Assembly (NCBI GenBank): GCA_012862495.1
Contig: BLSG01000291.1
Span: 25,509 to 70,018 of the forward strand
DNA: 44,510 nucleotides
Direction: 5' to 3'
Origin: Thraustochytrium aureum
Taxonomy: Eukaryota
In this document: positions 34,545-44,510 of the stretch, in pieces
How positions within the stretch are numbered: position 1 is the stretch's first letter
How the letters are laid out: the number at the start of each line of letters is the position of its first letter
Translations under genes and position numbers: made by a program
The notes under the pieces: model-generated
The model's input: only the letters and a program-made list of their open reading frames with translations
Told to the model about the DNA's origin: nothing
Database searches by the model: none

Positions 34545-36116
34545 CTACTTGAGGGATGTCATGTCCCGCGTCAGCGCTCGCTCCAAGGAGACGCGAATGT
34601 GAGTGCGCACCTTGCACATGAGCTGGTTCCACCAGTCGATCATACGCTTCTGCAGAGCATCGAGCTCGTCCGGGTTGGCAAGAAGGTTCTTTGCCTGATC
34701 TGTCACCCTTTCCCAGGTCGGCCCAATAACCCAGGGCATTTCTTCCAGGTTAGCACGGCCTGCCGTACCGTCGAGAAGAGGGCCATAAAAGTAGGAGACC
34801 TCGCCTGGGGCGTTGGCGTCCGGGTCAACGCTGAGCACGGCAGGAATGGCCCCAAACACGGTGGCCTCGTTGATGCGAAAGCAGTTGAGGTTGACATGCC
34901 CCATCGGGTTGAACACGAAGGCAGAGTCGGAGTAGTAGCGCTCGGTTCTTTTCGCCTCGTCCTTGCCGACGTGGCCTGCTGGCTTGAGCTCGGGTATGCT
35001 TTTCACAACACGGAACGCCTCGCGGCGCTTGTTGCGCATCGACCCGACGAAGCTGTGCTTGTAGCGGCGCGAAGAGCTGGGCTTGAGCGGGCCGGTCGAG
35101 TTGAGAAAGTTGGACGTGAGCGGTATATCGCCGTGGCTCTGTCCGGATGTGAAGCCGAGCGGGAGGACAAATACGGGGGTTACGTCTTCAGAGGCGGGAA
35201 GAAACTCTGCCTTTGGGTCATTGTAATGCCGCAAGACAGCGCCGCCTTCTTCTTGAACCTTGCGCAGGAGGGGCATGAGCCCGGTGGTTTTGCCCAGAAT
35301 CAAACGCTCGTCGGAGAGGACAAACACCATTGCGGGCCGAGTCTTGCTCAGCAACCTGACGTTGCGCGGGAGAATCAAGCTGGTAAAGACCGCAATGTAC
35401 TTGCCATGGTGCGCGGGTTCTATTTGTACAGAATCGGTGGACCACGGCACCATCCTCCGGTCAAGCTGAGCGCCGAACAGCCAGGTCATCATCTCCCCTT
35501 CCCAGTACGCCCGCGTATCGTAGTACATAATGAGTTTTTCCTTTTTCTTGAGCACGGATTCGGGGAGCTTGAACTTGTCAAAGTCAACCCACGCGCGCGG
35601 GTTGTCATCTGGACAGGCGTCTTGGTGAGACCAGAACCGGTCCACCTCGGACAGCCCGAGGTGGCCCGCTCTCTCGAGGTTCTTCAGGTCGTCGAGGGAC
35701 GCCGCCCTCGTGGACCCGAGCGACTTGAAAGCCACAAACACAAAGAACGCAAACACGACGCTCAGGACTGCCTGCAAGCGGCGCTTGACGCGCAATTCGT
35801 CTTGCGTGAGCTCGCCTTCCAGTTTCATCGGCCGAAGCAGGGATTTGTCCTGGAAAAACTCGTTCGCCGCATCGTCCGTGGAGAGCCGAGGCCCGCCTCT
35901 AACCACCACGTCGCGCTGGTCGACGTCGTCTGCGGGGTTTCCACCCATGGTGTCGCCCGCTATGAGCGTGCGCGCAAAGCCAGCGCAGCCAGGATTCACC
36001 AGGTCACTTCGGACGCGAACGCCACCAACGCGCCTGCCTCCGGTCTGGTCTGCTCGGGATCTACTCGAGGGCGCTGGTCCAAACAGTTGGCTTGACGCCT
36101 TGCTTGACTTGTTCAT
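34545..36116 (-). CDS. Type II membrane glycosyltransferase, RXYLT1(TMEM5)/exostosin-like
   Basis: Single TM (AVLSVVFAFFVFVAF) followed by a luminal domain with PLGF, SFVGS, YSDSAFVFNPMGHVNLNCFRINEATVFGAIPAV and LQKRMIDWW. Confidence 0.7.
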   Translation of the reverse strand: MNKSSKASSQLFGPAPSSRSRADQTGGRRVGGVRVRSDLVNPGCAGFARTLIAGDTMGGNPADDVDQRDVVVRGGPRLSTDDAANEFFQDKSLLRPMKLEGELTQDELRVKRRLQAVLSVVFAFFVFVAFKSLGSTRAASLDDLKNLERAGHLGLSEVDRFWSHQDACPDDNPRAWVDFDKFKLPESVLKKKEKLIMYYDTRAYWEGEMMTWLFGAQLDRRMVPWSTDSVQIEPAHHGKYIAVFTSLILPRNVRLLSKTRPAMVFVLSDERLILGKTTGLMPLLRKVQEEGGAVLRHYNDPKAEFLPASEDVTPVFVLPLGFTSGQSHGDIPLTSNFLNSTGPLKPSSSRRYKHSFVGSMRNKRREAFRVVKSIPELKPAGHVGKDEAKRTERYYSDSAFVFNPMGHVNLNCFRINEATVFGAIPAVLSVDPDANAPGEVSYFYGPLLDGTAGRANLEEMPWVIGPTWERVTDQAKNLLANPDELDALQKRMIDWWNQLMCKVRTHIRVSLERALTRDMTSLK

Positions 36117-36303
36117 TTTCTTTACGGTACTTCGCTCAACTGACCCATGTTCGCCTTGTACTTTTTATCGACAAGTACTGTAAGAAAGATGAACGATCGT
36201 GTTCACCTCGTCGTGTCTTGGAGTCGACCCGTGAAATCTGGTTCAGAGGGTCATAGACATCCACGGTGTCCCTTTGTGCAACCGCATGGGGAAGAAGATC
36301 TGA

Positions 36304-36400
36304 GGGGGTATAGCTCAGGTGGTAGAGCACTCGCTTCGCATGGCTTACTTGAAAAGCTACTGTTTGCGAGGGGTCTGGGGTTCGAGTCCCCATACCTCCA
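36304..36400 (+). tRNA. tRNA-Ala(CGC) with a 24-nt intron (36341-36364)
   Basis: Acceptor stem GGGGGTA/TACCTCC plus A73 with G3:U70; D arm GCTCAGGTGGTAGAGC; anticodon arm CTCGC-TTCGCA|T-GCGAG; T arm TGGGG-TTCGAGT-CCCCA; T-rich Pol III terminator follows. Confidence 0.93.
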
Positions 36401-37236
36401 TTCTCTTTTGCTTTTCCATTGCATGAGTCCCAAACATCCATAAATAAGATTTCTCAGCTCTAGTCCTCTCACAACCGAATGGTAATAAATCCATCTNNNN
36501 NNNNNNNNNNNNNNNNNNNNNNNNNNNNNNNNNNNNNNNNNNNNNNNNNNNNNNNNNNNNNNNNNNNNNNNNNNNNNNNNNNNNNNNNNNNNNNNNNNNN
36601 NNNNNNNNNNNNNNNNNNNNNNNNNNNNNNNNNNNNNNNNNNNNNNNNNNNNNNNNNNNNNNNNNNNNNNNNNNNNNNNNNNNNNNNNNNNNNNNNNNNN
36701 NNNNNNNNNNNNNNNNNNNNNNNNNNNNNNNNNNNNNNNNNNNNNNNNNNNNNNNNNNNNNNNNNNNNNNNNNNNNNNNNNNNNNNNNNNNNNNNNNNNN
36801 NNNNNNNNNNNNNNNNNNNNNNNNNNNNNNNNNNNNNNNNNNNNNNNNNNNNNNNNNNNNNNNNNNNNNNNNNNNNNNNNNNNNNNNNNNNNNNNNNNNN
36901 NNNNNNNNNNNNNNNNNNNNNNNNNNNNNNNNNNNNNNNNNNNNNNNNNNNNNNNNNNNNNNNNNNNNNNNNNNNNNNNNNNNNNNNNNNNNNNNNNNNN
37001 NNNNNNNNNNNNNNNNNNNNNNNNNNNNNNNNNNNNNNNNNNNNNNNNNNNNNNNNNNNNNNNNNNNNNNNNNNNNNNNNNNNNNNNNNNNNNNNNNNNN
37101 NNNNNNNNNNNNNNNNNNNNNNNNNNNNNNNNNNNNNNNNNNNNNNNNNNNNNNNNNNNNNNNNNNNNNNNNNNNNNNNNNNNNNNNNNNNNNNNNNNNN
37201 NNNNNNNNNNNNNNNNNNNNNNNNNNNNNNNNNNNN

Positions 37237-37837
37237 GTGTTTCGGGGCATTCTTTACCGTTGCCATGCTTGGCGTAGCCGTCACCGGCAATGCTGCATTT
37301 GGCCCTGTCGTGGCGATTCCGTTTATATTTGTGGTTGCCGTGACGTTTTTTGTCGGCCGAGTCCGGATGGTAGGTCTGCTCACCGAAGCGCTGTCTCGCG
37401 TCTCCGACTCGGAAGCGCCTTCTGCTGCACTGGACGCACAGCCAGCGCGGTCGCACCGCCCTAAAACGTCCGCGGAGCGGACAAGGCGCACGATGCTGGC
37501 AATCAAGCGCTGCTCAACGCGCGTGACTGCGATGCTCTTCGGGATTGTGGCTACTGGATGCATCTACTTCGCAATGATTTCCATCCCCGAGGGCGGCTGG
37601 CTCGCTACGAGCAAGCCTGGCGGTATTTCCTGGCTTGCTGTGGTTGGCGAGCTCGTGAGCCTATCATTCTTTCTGCTGCAAGCGAGCGTGTTTCAGTACT
37701 CGCACCGCAACACGGGCAAGTTGGTTACTCAGGCTCGCGAGAACCAACAGTCGCTTCAGGTGTCATTTCCTGGCAGCTCCAAAGCAGCTGAGACGAGCAC
37801 CCACATCCCGTTATCGAGCGTGCCCTCCAAGCTCTGA
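37237..37837 (+). CDS. Multi-pass membrane protein, copy 1 (3' half; 5' end in gap), possibly 7TM-receptor-like
   Basis: About 4 hydrophobic helices with a long basic loop; highly similar to 39243-39829. Confidence 0.7.
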
Positions 37838-39242
37838 TGCGCCGCAGAGGAGAATCCCAAAACGGGGTGAAAAGATGCCAGTACCAGCGAGGCGGGTGGC
37901 TTTGAATGCGCGCCGTGTGGCTCGAGGGTGGATTGTTCACGAGCACTCAGCAGCCTACTCGCACGAGTATGTCGAGTGAAAAAATCAAATATGCGATGCG
38001 TTGCGGTCCGATCGCGCTTTCCCGTGATGATACGGAAGACGATTACCTCGAGTGCATTTCGTTGGTCACTCTGGACGCTTGGAGGCCGCACGCTAAAAAT
38101 GACGGAAGGCGCGGCCTCCACAAGTTTTTCGAAATGGCACCAGCTGGAGCGTCTCGCTGCGCCGCTGAGGCTGCACGCTGGAAAGGCCCTAGAGGCCTTA
38201 GACCAGGCCATCATCGTGGGGGCGAGTGGGCCGCAAAAACGATGGTCAGTTTCCAGATCTGTTCTTGATGTGTCCGTTGCACTCCGTGCGCACCGCCGCC
38301 GATCAATCCATTCTTCTTTTCTGTTCTGAGAGTCGCAAAGAAGTTCCTGTCCGGGTCCTTGAGCGCGGCAGGGAGGAGTGAATGTTGTGCACCACGAGAA
38401 GCTTTTTGATGAAGCAGCTTGCTGGCCCGGGAAGCTTGCTGGCCCGTGAAGCTTGCTCGCAGTGCCGCATCATGACCACTGCATCGTTCTGTTTTGCTCT
38501 CTGCACTCCGAGTCTATTTACCAAGCTCAAGTTGTCACACGTCCTCCTCACCGCGTCGTTCTCTCTTTTGCGCCGCGTTCCATTNNNNNNNNNNNNNNNN
38601 NNNNNNNNNNNNNNNNNNNNNNNNNNNNNNNNNNNNNNNNNNNNNNNNNNNNNNNNNNNNNNNNNNNNNNNNNNNNNNNNNNNNNNNNNNNNNNNNNNNN
38701 NNNNNNNNNNNNNNNNNNNNNNNNNNNNNNNNNNNNNNNNNNNNNNNNNNNNNNNNNNNNNNNNNNNNNNNNNNNNNNNNNNNNNNNNNNNNNNNNNNNN
38801 NNNNNNNNNNNNNNNNNNNNNNNNNNNNNNNNNNNNNNNNNNNNNNNNNNNNNNNNNNNNNNNNNNNNNNNNNNNNNNNNNNNNNNNNNNNNNNNNNNNN
38901 NNNNNNNNNNNNNNNNNNNNNNNNNNNNNNNNNNNNNNNNNNNNNNNNNNNNNNNNNNNNNNNNNNNNNNNNNNNNNNNNNNNNNNNNNNNNNNNNNNNN
39001 NNNNNNNNNNNNNNNNNNNNNNNNNNNNNNNNNNNNNNNNNNNNNNNNNNNNNNNNNNNNNNNNNNNNNNNNNNNNNNNNNNNNNNNNNNNNNNNNNNNN
39101 NNNNNNNNNNNNNNNNNNNNNNNNNNNNNNNNNNNNNNNNNNNNNNNNNNNNNNNNNNNNNNNNNNNNNNNNNNNNNNNNNNNNNNNNNNNNNNNNNNNN
39201 NNNNNNNNNNNNNNNNNNNNNNNNNNNNNNNNNNNNNNNNNN

Positions 39243-39829
39243 TTGTTTGGGTCATGCTTTGCCCTGGCCATGTTGGGCGTTGCGATCAACAACAAAGCAG
39301 CCTTTGGCCCGGTGGTGGCCTTTCCGTTCCTGTTTTCCTTGCCGTGACGTTTTTTGTCGGCCGGCTTCGGATGGTTGGGCTCCTCAGCGAGGCTCTGTCT
39401 CGCGCCTCCGACTTGGAGGTGCCATCGTCGTCAGCAGCCGCGCAACCGGCGAGGTCGCATCGGGCGAACGCTTCTGCGGAGCGTACGCGACGCACGATGC
39501 TTGCGATCAAACGTTGCTCGACTCGCGTGACCGCGACGCTCTTCGGAATTGTGGCTTTTGGAGTGGTGTACTTTGCCTTAACCAACATCCCGGAAGCCGG
39601 CGCGTACGCAACGAGCAAGCCCGGCGGCATTTCCTGGCCTGCGATGGTTGGCGAGCTCGTGAGTCTATCATTCTTTCTGCTGCAAGCGAGCGTGTTTCAG
39701 TACTCGCACCGCAACACGGGCAAGCTAGTCAGTCGGGCCCGCGAGAACCAAATGGTGTCATTCGCTGACGGCTCTACAGAAGCAGACACGACCTCGAACA
39801 AGACCTTCTTGCAGAGTTTCAAAGGCTAG
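39243..39829 (+). CDS. Multi-pass membrane protein, copy 2 (tandem paralogue; frameshift ~39335; 5' end in gap)
   Basis: Shares SAERTRRTMLAIKRCSTRVTA, ATSKPGGISW and GELVSLSFFLLQASVFQYSHRNTGKLV with copy 1. Confidence 0.7.
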
Positions 39830-39830
39830 C

Positions 39831-39914
39831 CGAGTGAGCGGCGGAAGATTACGAGTGAGCGGCGGATGATTACGAGTGGGCGGCGGAAGATTTCGAGTGA
39901 GCGGCGGATGAACA
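39831..39914. repeat. 21-bp minisatellite, 4 copies
   Basis: Unit CGAGTGAGCGGCGGA(A/T)GATTA, starting 2 nt after the stop codon of copy 2. Confidence 0.9.
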
Positions 39915-41026
39915 CGGTACAGTCGTCGTCTTTTCGATGCATAGACTGGCCCAACAACGTTTCAGCTCCCTGAGGATGTGCACATATGTGTGCGTTCGGA
40001 GCTGGCCCGACGCCTTGGTGCAGAGATAACCTCTAGCGTGCTGTGCGGCGCAACTGGAGCTCGGGCCGCGAATCTAACCCCACTTTTGGGATGCTCTCTA
40101 GCTACTCGTTGGCAAGGGCCAGATCCGCCAAGGTCGACTCGCCGGCAGGAAATCCGCTCCAGCGCAGCAGAGGCTGAGAAACCACTAGGCACGCATGTGA
40201 GAGTATGTCGCGAGGGTGCCGGATCTCCGCCTCGGCGACGAGTTTTCAACGGACACAAAACGGCATTGATGCGCCTGAAAAACTCAAAAGAGCGCTCGCT
40301 TTTAACCGACACTGGTGTCGTCAGAGGTGCCTGCTTCCCTTGTCCTTTTCATGATGATCATGATGATCATGATCAAGTCCTTCAGCTGCTTGGGGCGACA
40401 TAAATGATGATTTTCGTGGTACTCCTTGCTCTGTCGAGCCGATGCGATGCAACAGGTGGCGCTTCAGTGGCAACTCCTCAGAGTCTTGTTACATTCGTGG
40501 GAACACCCACCCCCAAACCAAAACTACCTCATACGCTCGTTCGCGGGCAGAGTATGTACCGACATGTTGCCTCAACCGCGCACCATCGTTGGTTCCACCG
40601 GCCTTCCACGTGCAAGGAGAGGCGGCAACCGCCGCCCTTTTGCTTGCGGAGCTGGTCAAGCACGACGATTGATTAAACGTGGAGGACTGTCTCGCTTGTG
40701 CACAGATCTGCTTGCCTGGCTGGTCTTCAGGATGGTGTGATGGCGAATGCCAAGCCTACCTTTACTCGGCCATGAGGGTCGACTTTTTTCTTTCTTCTCT
40801 GCAAGCATCCGAACGGACATCCAACTCTGCCTTTGCCTTGTTTGTTCGCGTCGGATTGGGGGAGGGGACCGAAAGAAGCGATATCTCGCCATCCACTGAA
40901 GCAGCAGCGACGCTCGATTGAAGAGGCGTGCGCCCAATCACAACAGAGGCAGCGACGCGTTTGCACAAGCAAGAGTAGCGAATTCGTTGGGTTTGCTGTC
41001 CGTTTGCACTGCGCTTTGACTGCGTG

Positions 41027-41027
<1 letters not shown>

Positions 41028-41070
<43 letters not shown>
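41028..41070. repeat. (CTG)n microsatellite, about 14 units
   Basis: Direct inspection. Confidence 0.95.
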
Positions 41071-41073
<3 letters not shown>

Positions 41074-41223
41074 CGCTCTACGGTGCCACCGCATAGCATA
41101 GCGTTTTCATAGCGGCAGACCCGCAACGACAAGCCAGACGCTGGACATTCGACTGCGACCTGGACGGCCTGCTCGCAACTCGTTTTCAATTCTCCCGACT
41201 GAAGCGACACAAACGCATTCAGC

Positions 41224-43590
41224 ATGAGGCTCCCAGATCTCGCTGCCTTGGGCGCAGCAGCCATGTGGTGCGCCCCGCTCGTGAGTGCAAACCCAAAACC
41301 AAACGTGTTTAACGAGTCGTGCGCGCAAAACCCGGCGCACTGTTGCTTTGATGAGGCGCAGTGGCCGAAAGCCGACGGGGCCAGGTTCCGGTGCGAAAAA
41401 GGCGAAGACGGCAGGTTCCCGTGCGCGGTGCGGCTAGGCGTCAACTCGTGGGTTGGATCATTTCTGAACGTCCACCTCGCGGCCATTTTCATCGAAGAGT
41501 TTTTGGGTTACCCCGTGGAGATGACCGAAGAGCTCGAGCAGGACTCTGAGACCATGCTAGGGATGTTTCCCAGAATGGCGAGCGGTGCGCTTGACGCGAT
41601 TCTTGAAATCTGGCCTTCGGGCCACCACGATCACTTTTTCAAGTACGTTCTCGAAGAGTCGAGCGTTGTTGACGGGGGAAGCCTCGGTGTCACGGGCACC
41701 ATCGGTTGGTACACGCCGACGTTCGCTCTTGAGGAAAACGACCTTGGCCTCGAATACTGGCGAACTCTACTCGATCCCAGCAAGGCAGCGCTCTTCGCCA
41801 ACCCGAACGGGGAAGCCCCTTGCTGCCCTACTAACATCTCCTCTGCGTCGCAGGACACTTTTCCTTGCATGCCACAAGCAGCCTTTGGAGGTACGCCGGT
41901 CAACAAGGGCGGCATGGCCAGTACGAGCGAGTGCGACGCAGACCCAGCGCGGAGAATTCCATCGATCGGCGGGCGTTACATCGCTGGGGCACAAGACTGG
42001 CCCCAGGTTGACGACCAGCTTATCCGCAACTTGGGCCTCAACCTTACTATCGAGGTTGCAGGGACGGAGGCGAATCTGATCCGCGCAGTAGAAGACTCTG
42101 TCCTGAACCGGGACCCGGTCATCGTCTACTTCTGGGAGCCGCACGCCCTGTTTCAAATTCAAAACTTGACACGGATCATGCTGCCTCCCCACAATGCAGA
42201 GTGCTGGCAAAAGCTTACCGCCGGCGGCGTCGACTGTGACTACCCCTCCGAGGTGCTGTACAAGGCCTTCTCCAAGTCTCTGGCCAAATCCAAGCCAGAC
42301 GTTGCCCTCTGCTCTCTGCTTTCAGGTATACATCGACCGATCAGCAGGAGAAGATGCTAGCGAACCAGTTCAGCAACGAAGAAAAATCGCTCCACTCGAT
42401 TGCCTGCGATTGGGCCAAGGAAAACAGCGCAACCTGGCATTCTTGGGAGGTCGCCGTGAACTCGCAGTTTGCAAACGAGACGTGGCAGACCGAGGTTCCT
42501 CGAACCCGAGTTTCTTGGCTGCTCTTGCAGCGCCGACGGGAAGCGTGACGTGCTCAAGTTTTTCAACCGCTCTCGATTCGATTCCGACGGTCTTGTTCGT
42601 GTAACTGCACCAGCGGACCCCTGCTCTTCGCGAGACGCGTCGCTTTACGAGTCACGTTGGAAAACGGCTATGCTTCCCGTCACTGTGGTCCACGAGATCA
42701 GCTGCTCGTACGTGCCGACGGTGAGCTCAACTGCCACCACGATCTTTGCGCTCGTGGCGTTTGCCCTCGCCACCCTCGCTGCGTTTGGGATTGCGATTTT
42801 TGCTTACCGTCGTGAGCCAGCGATCAAAGCCGCGCGGTTGCAGACAATGGCGATATTTTTGCTAGGGGCGGCCATGCTCAATGCATCAAGCGTGTTTGCG
42901 GTTGGCGAGCCCACTGCGGTCAAGTGCGCCCTTCGGGTCTCCTTCCTCATCTACGGCTTCTTCTACTTTGCCGGCTCGCTTCTCATCAAGCAATTCATAA
43001 TCACGCAGGTCATGCGCGTCAAGCATCGCATGGGCAAGCGGAGTACACAGAAGAAAACGGTCCTCCTGCGGTTCTCTGCCTCATTCCTCACAGCGTTCGG
43101 GTCGTTCTGGTTTGGGCTTTGGGCCATCGCGGCAGGCTTTGAGCCCACCGAGTCAATCGCAGACGTGAACTACGGGGTCACGGAGAAGGCGTGCCCCTCG
43201 GACGGCAACCTACTCCTCGTTGTGCTCTTCGTTGCCTTCATGGCCATGGCGGTCTCCTGCATCTTGGCGCAGCAGACGCGCAACTTTTCCGGTTTGATCT
43301 TCAGCGAGGCCAAGTTTATGTTTTTCAGCAACTACAACGCAGCAATGGCGACCACCTTTGCGCTGGCGATCTCGATGCTCGACGGCCTATCGGTAGCGGA
43401 GAAAACGGTCTTTGTCGCTGGATGCGTCTCCTTCTCGACAACCGTCACGGCTGCCCTCATCGCTGGCTCGCGTGTGTATGCTGCTTATGCCAAGCTCACA
43501 ACGGCTGTTGGATCAGAGGCCGTCAACTCAGGAAGCAGTGGCAAAGCCGCAGTCGCTCCAGCGACGCAGGGCGCCGAGCGCAGCGTCTAA
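41224..43590 (+). CDS. Class C-type GPCR (7tm_3) with N-terminal OpuAC/ProX glycine-betaine-type substrate-binding domain; frameshifts ~42307 and ~42487
   Basis: Signal peptide. SBP motifs NSWVGSFLN..LAAIFIEEFLGYPVE, MASGALDAILEIW, LGVTGTIGWYTP, IVYFWEPH, DCDYP. 7TM motifs RREPAIKAA, PTAVKCALR, GSLLIK, TRNFSGLIFSEAKFMFFSNYN. Confidence 0.82.
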
Positions 43591-43652
43591 ATTAGAAGTG
43601 TGAGAGCGATAATACGAAGGATCCAGGCGTCGAGCGTTTCTGATGGTGGTAC

Positions 43653-44437
43653 TCAATCAAACAGGCAACTTGCGGATTTCACGGGCGCAAGACGTGGGGC
43701 CCAAGACGTGCCAGCGACTATGCCTGGGCGCCAGACCCACCGGGCGACTCGAACTGCCTTTTGCGCGAGACGCTTGGGCTGCTGCCCATCAACGGCGAGG
43801 AGGAGGTTGCGATTTGCGCGCTGTTCAACGCCCAGGAGCTCCTGCGCGGCTGCTGCGGCGCGGCGTAGTACGCATTGCCAGGCAATCGCGCTGAGCTCGT
43901 CAAGCTCGGCAAGGTCCGTCTGGGCGTCCCCAACAACGCGCAAGACTCGTTCGAGCCGCTCACAGAAGCTGTCCAAAGGTCCTTCAAAACCATGTGACTC
44001 ACCAGAGCGACAGCCCGACAGCATTGCCGGACGCATCGCCTGCCCCGTCGCAGCGCGACAGCGAGGTTTAATGACAAGTCAACACGAAAAGCCAGTTCGG
44101 TATAAGTAAACACAAATGGGAATATGAATAGTCTTGCGCGCGCGGCGCACAACGCGCGCGGTCCCTGCGTACGGGGCCCTGCGGAGCTTGGGGGCGACGT
44201 AAAAACCGCGACCAGTACACAAACCACATCGACGAAGTGCACGCCACCGTTGATGCCGCCCGCGCGTTCGACGCACAGCACGAACGTGGGCTGCCGGAAC
44301 TCGCACGTGCGCTCGCGGTCGGCGACCGGGTGCATGGGCTGATGCAAGACGGTTTCCAGACACTTGTATGGGCCGGCCGCTGCTGCCGCGGTACGACGCT
44401 GATATGCACCTCGTGCGTCCCCGCCGAGCTCGCCCAA
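43653..44437 (-). CDS. Possible coding fragments of an unidentified gene convergent with the GPCR
   Basis: Helical-looking ORF 43653-44036 and ORF 43718-44437; no recognisable motif. Confidence 0.25.
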
Positions 44438-44510
44438 GGATGTTCGCTAGCCGCGCCTCCACCGATTGTTCATTTCTTCTGTGCCTCGGGCTGATTTGGT
44501 TTTTCAAGGC

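Noticed and set aside
34542..36095. 517-aa plus-strand ORF almost coextensive with the glycosyltransferase
   Set aside because: Antisense open frame expected from GC-rich codon usage; no ATG start or motifs.
40762..41096. ORFs with poly-Leu, poly-Ala or poly-Gln
   Set aside because: Produced by the (CTG)n microsatellite; no other coding evidence.

Overview
GC-rich eukaryotic scaffold with about 13 N-gaps. It is probably from a protist: it is intron-poor with GTRAGT/GTAYGT donors and CTRAC branch points, and a stramenopile such as a labyrinthulomycete is plausible, but that is inference only. Left to right it contains: an SLC35B4-like nucleotide-sugar transporter; a ~16 kb, ~5,300-aa minus-strand gene (DUF3638/DUF3645-type SF2-like P-loop core, EF-hands, Vps62-like C-terminus, clathrin-adaptor-type motifs); NAXD; an LRR-only gene built from 84-nt one-repeat exons; a VOC/glyoxalase protein ending in SKL; coiled-coil ORFs; a methyltransferase-TPR protein; a DEG/ENaC/PAC-like two-TM channel candidate; an RXYLT1/exostosin-like glycosyltransferase; an intron-containing tRNA-Ala(CGC); two tandem multi-TM paralogues; and a glycine-betaine-type solute-binding domain fused to a class C GPCR 7TM domain. 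About 16 frame disruptions break otherwise conserved genes, most likely consensus errors. The most interesting candidates are the SBP-GPCR receptor, the minimal ENaC-like channel, the modular LRR exon cassette and the giant ATPase-like protein.
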